Translations under genes and position numbers: made by a program
Notes under the pieces: generated by a model
Seen by the model: only the letters and a program-made list of their open reading frames with translations
Databases searched by the model: none
What the model was told of the DNA's origin: nothing
Shown: piece after piece, positions 14,260-27,067 of the stretch
Layout: every line of letters begins with the position of its first letter
How positions within the stretch are numbered: position 1 is the first letter of the stretch
NCBI GenBank assembly: GCA_964016885.1
Contig: OZ024743.1
Location: 286,316,001-286,380,000, forward strand
Source: Eledone cirrhosa
Lineage: Eukaryota
DNA length: 64,000 nucleotides
Direction of reading: 5' to 3'

Positions 14260-15177
14260 GTGAGAGAGGAGAAGAATGAGAAGAGGAAGGAAGCACCCGC
14301 TCTTTGTGCTCCTGAAGAGGAGGGTTGCACATTTTTTCGGGGGTGTGTGCGACCCATATCAACGCCCCTCCCTATTGAGGACATCGATTATTAAATTTAA
14401 TTTGTTATATGTTTTTTTACACGTCTTTTTAAATGTATGTAAACTCCCCCCTTTGTATTTGTCCCAATCTTTGATGCCCTGGTGGCAAATAAATAGAAAT
14501 ATATATCAATTAACGCCTAACTCTCCCCCTCTGTATATTTACTACACGGAACTCTCTTTAAATTCCTCTCTCTGTCTCAATAAATATTAATCTCTCCATC
14601 TCTCTCTATATCTAATATAACACACTCTGGCAACCTTCCTCTCTATATCAATTACCACCAAACTCTCCCCCCTCTCTATATCTGAATCTCTCCCATCTGT
14701 TTCTACATAACATGCACATAAATTGTAGCGCATATACAAATAGATGTGCGTTTTGGTAGTTTGGGGAGAAAAATATAATTATTGGGGGGATTGGTTTGAC
14801 CCCTTTGCCCCACCCCAAGTTCCACCGCCTTGCACTGCCCCTTTCGTATTTATTAAATATGATTTCTAACTCAGGTAAAATTTTAGTGAAGATCGCATAT
14901 AGATAGACCTTACTTCTTGTATTTGCTTTATTGGTTTTGTGAGAATGAAAATGGCAAAGTAGACACTAAAGGTAACATAAAGGAACATAAATAAAGAATA
15001 GCGGAAAATGTTCTATCGATCCTCGATAAAACTGAATGTGTTTTAAAATTTAATTTAAAATGATGCATAGAAACGTACGTGCATACGTTTGTGAGTTAAT
15101 GTTTTGAATAAGACTGTGAATATATGTACTTAAAATGTACTTAAATGATTTTACTTATTCAAAATAGACAAATTTAA

Positions 15178-15356
15178 TTGTTTCTACTTTTGGCACAAGG
15201 CCAGCAATTTCCCAGTACATTACTGGTACTTTATTTTATCGACCCCGTAAGGATGAAAGGCAAAGTCAACCTCGGCGGGATTTGAACTCAGACCGTAAAG
15301 GGACGTAACTATGCTGCAAAGCATGGCGTCCGACCCTCTACCGATACTGCCAATCC
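15178..15356 (-). mobile_element. tRNA-derived SINE
   Basis: Minus strand reads ...GAGTTCAAATCCC (B box)...GCCTTTCATCC...GGGGTCGATAAAATAAAGTACCAG; same family as 15391, 36767 and 42752. Confidence 0.8.
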
Positions 15357-15390
15357 TGGAGGTGAGTAAGGTGTGTTAGTCAATTATAAT

Positions 15391-15567
15391 TGTTTCTACT
15401 TTAGGCACAAGGCCACCAATTATCCAGTGCATTACTGGTACTTTATTTTATCGACCCCGTAAGGATGAAAGGCAAAGTCAACCTCGGCGGGATTTGAACT
15501 CAGATCGTAAAGGGACGTAACTATGCTGGAAAGCATGGCGTCCGACCCTCTACCGATACTGCCAATC
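15391..15567 (-). mobile_element. tRNA-derived SINE with 13-bp TSD
   Basis: Near-identical to 15178-15356; flanked by AGTCAATTATAAT at 15378-15390 and 15570-15582. Confidence 0.85.
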
Positions 15568-17649
15568 TAAGTCAATTATAATACGATCAAAATAGATTAA
15601 GAAAAAATACGTTTTTTTCTTTTTCAGATACTATGTCGTCTATTGATTTGTCGTCTATTAATTTTTGTATATTTTTGTCTGTGCAGACTAAAACCTGTCA
15701 TTTTTCTTTGATACCAATTCTGAACGTAGTCGTTTAGAAAAAATATGTGATTTTTCTGTCTGGAATTTTAATTTTGTTGTCTCAACTCACCTGGTTTTTG
15801 GTTCACACAACAAAGAATATAAATATTGACCAAGAAAAGGAAACGAGATGTTAAATTCTAAAGAGAGTATTAATGAAATTATGTAACGTTTGTATGTTTT
15901 CTAAAGTAATTTAACAGCAGCAAACCCCCCCCCCCAAAAAAAAAAACAGGCTTTCAGCCTACGATTGTAAACGGATGACAGAATCATAAACTTTTCGATA
16001 ATTTTGATATTGTGCTATAAATAGAATCAGTGGTGTGCAGAGAGGGGCAGCGGGGTGAAACGACCCGGGCAACTATATAAGAGTAAGTTGTTGGGGCATG
16101 CAACAAAAGAGTCACACAGGGGTCTCCATTTAGTACGGCTACTGAGTTACAGTATCCACTTAGATTTCTCGAGCATCCATTCAAAATCTGCGCCCAGTTT
16201 TCGGCCCAGATCAATACGCTGACAAACTTATTCACTTGAAATTCGATGTTTATGCTCAGACAAAACTTAGGTGGCTGGTTTTATATTAATTTGAAGTGTT
16301 TATTTTATGTTTCATCTGTATTTATATATTCAAAATGTATTTCTTGCTCACATTGCTCAGTACTAGACCCTATGCTTGAGCTTTAGGGGCATACAATCAA
16401 GAAGTGGGCCACGGGGATCACCAAACCACTGCGCACCACTGAATAGAAAGGGGAAAAAATGGAACTCCGTCAGTTTCACTACAGCAGTGAAAACAACGAC
16501 ATAAATCAATTAAAAAACGTGAAATTAAAATATACAAATAAATATACACATGAAAAAATCATTGTTAGATAACAAATCATCCTGATAGTATGAAAATATT
16601 CAATAGATTATTAAAGGGCAACAACAGCCGAAAGATAGGATAAAGATAGATAGACAGCGACAGAGAAAGAGGGAGAGGATGAGAGAGAGGGACAGAGAAA
16701 GAGAGAGAGAATAGAAAAAGATAGAAAAAACTTTTCCTCTTATGTAATATGTAGTTGATTGGCCGAGACAGGGTGTTTCTGTCTTTAACAGCGGTGATAT
16801 CTCAGGTGATGTCGGCCATTGTGTCAACACTGTTCAGCACGTCCACATCGTATATAATCCCTTGTCGCCGTAGCCATGTCACAATAGTAAGAATGAGTCA
16901 TCATGTCAAAATCGTTCTCATTGGACTAGACTTATGTAATCAAAGGCATTTAATTTTTTCCCCATGACATATATGTTCACACACACACACACATATACAC
17001 ACACTCACACACACACACCCACACACACCCACTCACACACACTCACTCACACACACACGCGCACACACATATTATTGAACGCGACCATAACATCGAGTGA
17101 CAGAATCACGAACATTGTAATTCCGACAGCTTGAGAACACCGACAGCTTGGAAACCGAAAATCAAAAACTCGAAAATGTACTTCAAGATAATATGTATAT
17201 ATATATATACATTTACATAAACTCACACGCGCGCACACACACACAGACACACACACACATATTGATCAGTATGAAAATTCGAATCAACCGAGCAGTCTCG
17301 CAATTTCAGGACCAAATCTTCCTTTAGGAGTACCCATTTCAAGGATGACAAGCAAGGGAGATAAATTCTTTAGACTAGGCTGAGCTAAGCTACTTGAAAT
17401 AAGTCCATTGCTTTCACGATGTTGGCTTATAGACAAGGCCTACTTCCACTTGTACAAATAATTTAAATTAGCTTAGTCTATGAAAGGCTTTTACTTATTG
17501 TTGTTGTTTAGTCCGAGGTTCGCCGACATAGAGCAAACCTGTAATGCAGCCCTGACCAACTTATGTTTCTTTAATAGATTTATTCAGTAATTACATCTAT
17601 GAGAAAAATAAATCAGTTGTACAATGTTTTCTTTGTCTGATGTAGTGAA

Positions 17650-18370
17650 TTGTACATCACACTACAGGACACTGTTGATGCAAGGTGAGCTCGGTCGTTG
17701 AGAGTGTGGTGTCTTTGCCATGGACGTAATGTAGTAACAGCGAGATGATGCTAACCACCCATTTCTCGCCGTATTGTCTAGTGTCTTATCGACTCGAAAT
17801 ATTACAATCAAGGACAATAGCAAATCTATAATTAGACACAATAAGAATACTATATTTTGTACAAACATGATTTTAACTAAATCTCTGTCTTCAAATTGCA
17901 ACGTCGAAACGCCTTGCATAAACTGTCTAGACGATGACTGTTTTATATTGATAGTTTGACATGGAGGTAAGTGTCAGCATTGGTTGTCGAGAGGAGCAGG
18001 GGAAAGAAAAGCAGGAAGAAGAGAAGCGTTATAACCGGAGATAAAAAGTTAAACTGTGTGTGTTTAAGTCTGTGTCTGTACATATGTGTGTGTGAGGAGG
18101 GAGGTGTTAGGAGTTAGGGTGAGGAAAGGGAATTGAAAGTTGCAAGAAAGGGTAAAGAAAAAAAAGCAGAAGCCTCTTCAGAGAGAAGAGAAAGGTGGAA
18201 AAGGCAAGGCAAGGTAAGTTTCGAAAGAAGAAAAAAGCCGGCGGGACGTGCTTAAATGTGAGAGCGACCAGACGATAAGAAAGAATGTGTAATTAATGGG
18301 GAGTAGGAGACAGCAACGCAATGAGTTAGACATAAGTGAGACACAGAAAGCAGTTGCTAGGTAAAGCCAT
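17650..18370 (+). repeat. Unclassified interspersed repeat; a second, inverted copy is split at 41360-41822 and 53295-53620
   Basis: 17925-18370 is the diverged reverse complement of 41360-41821; 17680-17925 matches the reverse complement of ~53400-53620. Confidence 0.75.
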
Positions 18371-18400
18371 GAACGCGAGAGAGAGAGAGAGAGGGAGAGG

Positions 18401-18484
<84 letters not shown>

Positions 18485-20237
18485 TTGACAGGAAAACCTA
18501 GAGAAAAAAGGTGAAAAAAAAAGACAGAATGAACAAAGAAAAAGAGGTGTAGAATGAGGTGAGAGAGAAGGTAGGAGAGGGGGAGGATTGGGGGTGGAGA
18601 TATCAATGTGAATGTGGGGAGAAAAGGAGAGAGTCACTATAACTAGATAAGTGAAGAAAGGTGAAGGAGGTGGGGTCGGTATTATTAAATAGCAGTTGGC
18701 CAAATTGAACTTTAAAGAGATTATTCATATTGAAGGATAATCAGTAGATTACGAAGAGACAAGTGATAACTTGAAGCAACTTCAACACACACATACATAC
18801 ACATGTGTATTGGACCTTCACTCAGGTACATGCACACACACACACACATACACACATAAATGCTTGTTTTATAGGTTAGTGCTTTAAACACTGGACATGC
18901 ACTGAATGAAAGACTTACAGTTTCTAGAGTCAAGACATGCACACACACACACACACACACACTACAAGCACCACACCGCCACTACTACCACAACATTGAT
19001 AGCTTCAATCTCATTGGTCTTGGAGTGCTTACAAAGATTATAAAGAAACTCCTTTCCTCCAGATCTCTATAAAAAAAAACTCTCTATAAAAGACACGAAA
19101 CTCACGAATTGAAAGTGAATTAAAAATGATACGTCATATGTATACCGTTTAATGTATAAGTATATACTAGCGGCCACCTGACCTCCCCGGTATCTACTGT
19201 GCTCAAATCTATTCATAAGGCATCCATTGTCGTAATGTCTATTTTCCTTAGAATAAAAGATGTTAAAAGGTATTTAAATAGTGCAAAACATAAATTAAAA
19301 AAATGTATTTAAAATATCTAAATATAGAAAGTAATAAAAAAAATAATAGAAAAATATATTTTACGAAAATTATAAAACATTTACAGAGCTTCAGTATATA
19401 CAATGTTTTAAACTTTTTTAATGGAAAAACATATGCCCAAGAGGACCATTGGTGTTAGCATTGCAGGTGACATAGATAACCTATTCATGGTATGGTGGGA
19501 CAATAAACTTAAAGAACAATTAGAAGACAGCAACCTCTTAACCCTGATAATGTACTCTCGCTACGTTGATGATATAAATATCGTAGTAAAAACACCCCCA
19601 CTAGAGAACAGTCAGGAATTAGAGAAAAACACCATGGAAAGCATCCAGAAAATAGCTAACTCCATCCACCAGAGTATTAGAGTTACTATAGACTACCCAA
19701 GCAAACACCCCAACCATCGATTACCTGTACTAGACACAGAGCTCGGGTTATAAACCATTAATAACAAAAAACAAATCCTCCATTCCCATTATGCCAAACC
19801 CATGACTTCCAAATATCTGATCCACCGAAACTCAGCTGTTTCGGATCACACCAAAATCAACATACTGATTGCGGATTTGGTACGGGTGATGAGAAACGTG
19901 TCCCGCATGTGCAACCCCAAAGAACTAGAGAGACACATACAACACTGGTTACAATCAGAGAGATAAAATCAGAGTGTATAGAGGAGCCAGAACCAAATGG
20001 GAAAGAATGGCAAATAATGATACAAATGGGATCTGCCCCTTGTATAGGAGCAAATTTTGGAATAGAATAGAAAGAACTAAGAATAAGGTTAATAGAATAA
20101 ACTCATGGTATGATAGCAATAAATACCAGTGTAATGTTCATCAATACACCCCCTAGAGGTGAATTAGCTTACAAATTTAGAAGGGCCCTAGATAAACTTA
20201 AACTAAATATTAAGATAGAAGAAAGACCAGGTACCTC

Positions 20238-20407
20238 CAGTTAATATGGGGCCTTAGTTTACAGATTATGCATTTCTTATCTATACAGGGAGGTCTTTGA
20301 AAAGAGTATGTATTACTAATAAGTATTAGTAATACATACCCTTTTCAAAGACCTCCCTGTATAGATAAGAAATGCATAATCTGTAAACTAAGGCCCCATA
20401 TTAACTG
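20238..20407. repeat. Near-perfect fold-back (inverted duplication) inside the PLE ORF
   Basis: CAGTTAATATGGGGCC...TACTAAT at 20238 pairs with ATTAGTA...GGCCCCATATTAACTG ending at 20407. Confidence 0.92.
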
Positions 20408-20937
20408 TAAAACTAGAAACATAGTATATAGCATAAGATGTACAGAAGGACAATGTAAAGATAAAAATATAATGTACGTAGGTGAGACAGTTTGTAGTAT
20501 AGGAGAACGATTAAATGAACACTGGCGAGAGCTTCAAGATAGAAAAGATTCATCAGTACTCCACCAACATGCTAAAATAGAACATAAGGGAAAATTAGAG
20601 AACATAGAAATAAAAATAAAATCTACACACAGAAAAGATGCAATATTTAGACAAATTACAGAGGTAATAAACATAAATGAACTCCAACCAAAATTAAGTA
20701 GAAAACATGAATGGAATAGCAACATCACAACTTACAATTAAGGACAAAATGAAAACACACTCACATAGAACAAACAACCAACCAGTAACATGTAAATAAA
20801 CAAATAAATAAACAAATAAAAACACACACAGACACCCGGATGTAACACATGCGCAAACTAAGCACACAACACACACAAAAACAAGATGGCGTAGGAAAGA
20901 ACAAAGGAGAGGCACAAAACAAAGAGAAGAATCCCCA

Positions 20938-20980
20938 GTTACTGAAGAGGTCACAGAATGTGTGACGAAAGAGCTTTGAC
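20938..20980 (+). ncRNA. Minimal type I hammerhead ribozyme in the PLE pLTR
   Basis: GTTA-CTGAAGA-G-GTCACA(GAATG)TGTGAC-GAAA-GAGCT-T-TGAC: stem I GUUA/UGAC, CUU triplet, one extra G before stem II. Confidence 0.7.
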
Positions 20981-21665
20981 AATATATGAACAACCGTCCG
21001 GTTGTGAAACCAACCAACCAACCAACGGGATATTTATAAATTTTTAAATTTATAATTTAATTTATAATAAATTGAAGTGAAAGCAACTGGTGCGTGTGTT
21101 TCTTATTGGCAACATGACCCTCCCAAAGTATAACAATATCGGTTTCAACACACGTTTTCAGAAAAAGAATCTTGCTAAACAAATTCAGAAACGAAATATA
21201 TATATATATATATATATACGTATAAATAAATAAAAAGATTAATGGCTCGTATACAGGAAACTGAATGACCTGTCTGATGCAGTTATGTTTACATGCCAAC
21301 ACAAGAGCAAGAATGAGGGGCTCATTCTACTGACATGGCTTTAAAAAGAGGCTGTTTGCATAATTGCAAATGAATCGAATATTATTATTAATATTCGAAA
21401 AACCCAGATTACATTTATAGATATATAGATATATACTTACGGTAAATATTGATTCAATTCAAGTATTCTACGTACTTTTTCTACATAGGAATGACGGAGT
21501 ATATTTAGATTATATAAGAAAATGCGAAGTAGTTTCAGATGTTAAAGTCCTTTATTGATAAGGCTGTGATACATATTTCAATGACGACAGTGGCCACGCG
21601 GTTCCGCCTAACCAGTGCCATGATTTCCTCGAGGCAATCCAAATTAAAATGGACATATATATATA

Positions 21666-21977
21666 CATGAGCCAACTTATGCAGCTTCATATGCAAATGA
21701 AATTAATCACCTCATTTACACAGACGAGAAAACTATATATTCTCGCCTGTCTTCTAGTCCAGCAGTCGCAAGCGGTGGGAGGGACCGTCCTGACGATGGC
21801 CAGTTAAGCCTGAAATGCATAGACGGTTGTCCCCCTTGCTTCTGCTGGACATCACCAGAGGCCATTAGCCCCCCGGTGTTTGCATAGCTACGGCTTCCTA
21901 AAACCGTATTTCTTTGGAGATACGAAATATTTATACATATTGTATAAAGCTATGCTTGAAGCGAAATCCTATTTGTT
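21666..21977 (+). mobile_element. Small non-coding hammerhead-bearing element between (TA)n tracts
   Basis: Octamer at 21691-21698, TATATA at 21734-21739, long stem 21757-21850 enclosing a hammerhead. Confidence 0.7.
21784..21827 (+). ncRNA. Minimal type I hammerhead ribozyme (U.U stem II closure)
   Basis: ACCGTC-CTGACGA-T-GGC(CAGTTAA)GCC-T-GAAA-TGCA-TA^GACGGT: perfect 6-bp stem I, palindromic stem III ATGCAT, AUA site after 21821. Confidence 0.85.
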
Positions 21978-22117
21978 TATATATATATATATATATATAA
22001 GTTGAAAAAAATGAAAACGAAATTTCATTTCTCACTCTTAGTATGGCACTTACTTAAATGTAAGTATGCATGCATACGTACATACATATATGTATACAGA
22101 CGTACAGTAGCACGCAT

Positions 22118-22148
<31 letters not shown>

Positions 22149-22326
22149 CACATATATATACACATATGCATACAGGTACACATACATATATGCACGCATC
22201 AGTTTAGCCGACGTTTATTATAACGCCTGCTTTTTTCGTTTGTTTGTCAACAAATCGAACAGCCTGAATTTATGCCATACGGTGTTAAGGCAACCACGTC
22301 ACCTTTTTGTTCAACACTGACACAGG

Positions 22327-22371
22327 AACGATGTACTAGTTTCAAGCTTGTTAGCTATCATCAGCACCGTT
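22327..22371 (-). ncRNA. Minimal type I hammerhead ribozyme (first of 18 copies, one per unit)
   Basis: Minus strand: AACGGTG-CTGATGA-T-AGCT(AACA)AGCT-T-GAAA-CTAG-TA^CATCGTT. 7-bp stem I, palindromic stem III ACTAGT, GUA site between 22334 and 22333. Confidence 0.88.
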
Positions 22372-22404
22372 TACCCATCTGCCAGATAGTTGAACGTTCG
22401 AAAG

Positions 22405-22452
22405 TATATACTTTCCTTATGAAAATTAACGGCTGAGCAGCCTAATTTGCAT
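22405..22452 (-). promoter_or_regulatory. Candidate internal promoter: octamer ATGCAAAT - 34 nt - TATATA, upstream of the ribozyme (in every unit)
   Basis: ATTTGCAT at 22445-22452 and TATATA at 22405-22410; same spacing at 44072-44119 and, on the plus strand, at 21691-21739. Confidence 0.5.
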
Positions 22453-22610
22453 ATTGAGTGAGTTAAATCGGTCAGGCATACCGAAAACGATAAGTTGAAA
22501 AAAATGAAAACGAAATTTCATTTCTCACTCTTAGTATGGCACTTACTTAAATGTAAGTATGCATGCATACGTACATACATATATGTATACAGACGTACAG
22601 TAGCACGCAT

Positions 22611-22641
<31 letters not shown>

Positions 22642-23103
22642 CACATATATATACACATATGCATACAGGTACACATACATATATGCACGCATCAGTTTAG
22701 CCGACGTTTATTATAACGCCTGCTTTTTTCGTTTGTTTGTCAACAAATCGAACAGCCTGAATTTATGCCATACGGTGTTAAGGCAACCACGTCACCTTTT
22801 TGTTCAACACTGACACAGGAACGATGTACTAGTTTCAAGCTTGTTAGCTATCATCAGCACCGTTTACCCATCTGCCAGATAGTTGAACGTTCGAAAGTAT
22901 ATACTTTCCTTATGAAAATTAACGGCTGAGCAGCCTAATTTGCATATTGGGTGAGTTAAATCGGTCAGGCATACCGAAAACGATAAGTTGAAAAAAATGA
23001 AAACGAAATTTCATTTCTCACTCTTAGTATGGCACTTACTTAAATGTAAGTATGCATGCATACGTACATACATATATGTATACAGACGTACAGTAGCACG
23101 CAT

Positions 23104-23134
<31 letters not shown>

Positions 23135-23596
23135 CACATATATATACACATATGCATACAGGTACACATACATATATGCACGCATCAGTTTAGCCGACGT
23201 TTATTATAACGCCTGCTTTTTTCGTTTGTTTGTCAACAAATCGAACAGCCTGAATTTATGCCATACGGTGTTAAGGCAACCACGTCACCTTTTTGTTCAA
23301 CACTGACACAGGAACGATGTACTAGTTTCAAGCTTGTTAGCTATCATCAGCACCGTTTACCCATCTGCCAGATAGTTGAACGTTCGAAAGTATATACTTT
23401 CCTTATGAAAATTAACGGCTGAGCAGCCTAATTTGCATATTGAGTGAGTTAAATCGGTCAGGCATACCGAAAACGATAAGTTGAAAAAAATGAAAACGAA
23501 ATTTCATTTCTCACTCTTAGTATGGCACTTACTTAAATGTAAGTATGCATGCATACGTACATACATATATGTATACAGACGTACAGTAGCACGCAT

Positions 23597-23627
<31 letters not shown>

Positions 23628-24078
23628 CACATATATATACAGGTACACATACATATATGCACGCATCAGTTTAGCCGACGTTTATTATAACGCCTGCTTT
23701 TTTCGTTTGTTTGTCAACAAATCGAACAGCCTGAATTTATGCCATACGGTGTTAAGGCAACCACGTCACCTTTTTGTTCAACACTGACACAGGAACGATG
23801 TACTAGTTTCAAGCTTGTTAGCTATCATCAGCACCGTTTACCCATCTGCCAGATAGTTGAACGTTCGAAAGTATATACTTTCCTTATGAAAATTAACGGC
23901 TGAGCAGCCTAATTTGCATATTGAGTGAGTTAAATCGGTCAGGCATACCGAAAACGATAAGTTGAAAAAAAATGAAAACGAAACTTCATTTCTCACTCTT
24001 AGTATGGCACTTACTTAAATGTAAGTATGCATGCATACGTACATACATATATGTATACAGACGTACAGTAGCACGCAT

Positions 24079-24109
<31 letters not shown>

Positions 24110-24571
24110 CACATATATATACACATATGCATACAGGTACACATACATATATGCACGCATCAGTTTAGCCGACGTTTATTATAACGCCTGCTTTTTTCGT
24201 TTGTTTGTCAACAAATCGAACAGCCTGAATTTATGCCATACGGTGTTAAGGCAACCACGTCACCTTTTTGTTCAACACTGACACAGGAACGATGTACTAG
24301 TTTCAAGCTTGTTAGCTATCATCAGCACCGTTTACCCATCTGCCAGATAGTTGAACGTTCGAAAGTATATACTTTCCTTATGAAAATTAACGGCTGAGCA
24401 GCCTAATTTGCATATTGAGTGAGTTAAATCGGTCAGGCATACCGAAAACGATAAGTTGAAAAAAATGAAAACGAAATTTCATTTCTCACTCTTAGTATGG
24501 CACTTACTTAAATGTAAGTATGCATGCATACGTACATACATATATGTATACAGACGTACAGTAGCACGCAT

Positions 24572-24602
<31 letters not shown>

Positions 24603-25064
24603 CACATATATATACACATATGCATACAGGTACACATACATATATGCACGCATCAGTTTAGCCGACGTTTATTATAACGCCTGCTTTTTTCGTTTGTTTG
24701 TCAACAAATCGAACAGCCTGAATTTATGCCATACGGTGTTAAGGCAACCACGTCACCTTTTTGTTCAACACTGACACAGGAACGATGTACTAGTTTCAAG
24801 CTTGTTAGCTATCATCAGCACCGTTTACCCATCTGCCAGATAGTTGAACGTTCGAAAGTATATACTTTCCTTATGAAAATTAACGGCTGAGCAGCCTAAT
24901 TTGCATATTGAGTGAGTTAAATCGGTCAGGCATACCGAAAACGATAAGTTGAAAAAAATGAAAACGAAATTTCATTTCTCACTCTTAGTATGGCACTTAC
25001 TTAAATGTAAGTATGCATGCATACGTACATACATATATGTATACAGACGTACAGTAGCACGCAT

Positions 25065-25095
<31 letters not shown>

Positions 25096-25557
25096 CACAT
25101 ATATATACACATATGCATACAGGTACACATACATATATGCACGCATCAGTTTAGCCGACGTTTATTATAACGCCTGCTTTTTTCGTTTGTTTGTCAACAA
25201 ATCGAACAGCCTGAATTTATGCCATACGGTGTTAAGGCAACCACGTCACCTTTTTGTTCAACACTGACACAGGAACGATGTACTAGTTTCAAGCTTGTTA
25301 GCTATCATCAGCACCGTTTACCCATCTGCCAGATAGTTGAACGTTCGAAAGTATATACTTTCCTTATGAAAATTAACGGCTGAGCAGCCTAATTTGCATA
25401 TTGAGTGAGTTAAATCGGTCAGGCATACCGAAAACGATAAGTTGAAAAAAATGAAAACGAAATTTCATTTCTCACTCTTAGTATGGCACTTACTTAAATG
25501 TAAGTATGCATGCATACGTACATACATATATGTATACAGACGTACAGTAGCACGCAT

Positions 25558-25588
<31 letters not shown>

Positions 25589-26050
25589 CACATATATATA
25601 CACATATGCATACAGGTACACATACATATATGCACGCATCAGTTTAGCCGACGTTTATTATAACGCCTGCTTTTTTCGTTTGTTTGTCAACAAATCGAAC
25701 AGCCTGAATTTATGCCATACGGTGTTAAGGCAACCACGTCACCTTTTTGTTCAACACTGACACAGGAACGATGTACTAGTTTCAAGCTTGTTAGCTATCA
25801 TCAGCACCGTTTACCCATCTGCCAGATAGTTGAACGTTCGAAAGTATATACTTTCCTTATGAAAATTAACGGCTGAGCAGCCTAATTTGCATATTGAGTG
25901 AGTTAAATCGGTCAGGCATACCGAAAACGATAAGTTGAAAAAAATGAAAACGAAATTTCATTTCTCACTCTTAGTATGGCACTTACTTAAATGTAAGTAT
26001 GCATGCATACGTACATACATATATGTATACAGACGTACAGTAGCACGCAT

Positions 26051-26081
<31 letters not shown>

Positions 26082-26543
26082 CACATATATATACACATAT
26101 GCATACAGGTACACATACATATATGCACGCATCAGTTTAGCCGACGTTTATTATAACGCCTGCTTTTTTCGTTTGTTTGTCAACAAATCGAACAGCCTGA
26201 ATTTATGCCATACGGTGTTAAGGCAACCACGTCACCTTTTTGTTCAACACTGACACAGGAACGATGTACTAGTTTCAAGCTTGTTAGCTATCATCAGCAC
26301 CGTTTACCCATCTGCCAGATAGTTGAACGTTCGAAAGTATATACTTTCCTTATGAAAATTAACGGCTGAGCAGCCTAATTTGCATATTGGGTGAGTTAAA
26401 TCGGTCAGGCATACCGAAAACGATAAGTTGAAAAAAATGAAAACGAAATTTCATTTCTCACTCTTAGTATGGCACTTACTTAAATGTAAGTATGCATGCA
26501 TACGTACATACATATATGTATACAGACGTACAGTAGCACGCAT

Positions 26544-26574
<31 letters not shown>

Positions 26575-27036
26575 CACATATATATACACATATGCATACA
26601 GGTACACATACATATATGCACGCATCAGTTTAGCCGACGTTTATTATAACGCCTGCTTTTTTCGTTTGTTTGTCAACAAATCGAACAGCCTGAATTTATG
26701 CCATACGGTGTTAAGGCAACCACGTCACCTTTTTGTTCAACACTGACACAGGAACGATGTACTAGTTTCAAGCTTGTTAGCTATCATCAGCACCGTTTAC
26801 CCATCTGCCAGATAGTTGAACGTTCGAAAGTATATACTTTCCTTATGAAAATTAACGGCTGAGCAGCCTAATTTGCATATTGAGTGAGTTAAATCGGTCA
26901 GGCATACCGAAAACGATAAGTTGAAAAAAATGAAAACGAAATTTCATTTCTCACTCTTAGTATGGCACTTACTTAAATGTAAGTATGCATGCATACGTAC
27001 ATACATATATGTATACAGACGTACAGTAGCACGCAT

Positions 27037-27067
<31 letters not shown>

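Larger units (their letters stand above)
8811..14501 (+). mobile_element. L1/Tx1-clade LINE, near full length
   Basis: ORF1 with zinc knuckle and ORF2 with APE-RT-Cys domain; AATAAA near the 3' end; candidate TSD TATATCAATTA at 8800-8810 and 14502-14512. Confidence 0.88.
19400..21180 (+). mobile_element. 5'-truncated, degenerate Penelope-like element with 3' pLTR
   Basis: RT motifs IGVSIAGD, YSRYVDDI, LPVLD; GIY-YIG (VYSIRC...YVGET...ERLNEH); pLTR ~20740-21180 with hammerhead; homologous to 37886-41324. Confidence 0.88.

Noticed and set aside
21255-21660. Further hammerheads between (TA)n tracts
   Set aside because: Only partial motifs (CTGATGC, isolated GAAAC) with no consistent stems.
22428-22497. 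Second, plus-strand hammerhead in the unit (viroid-like ambisense design)
   Set aside because: CTGAGCA does not fit CUGANGA, and five unpaired nucleotides separate the helix from GAAA. It is better read as a plain conserved helix.
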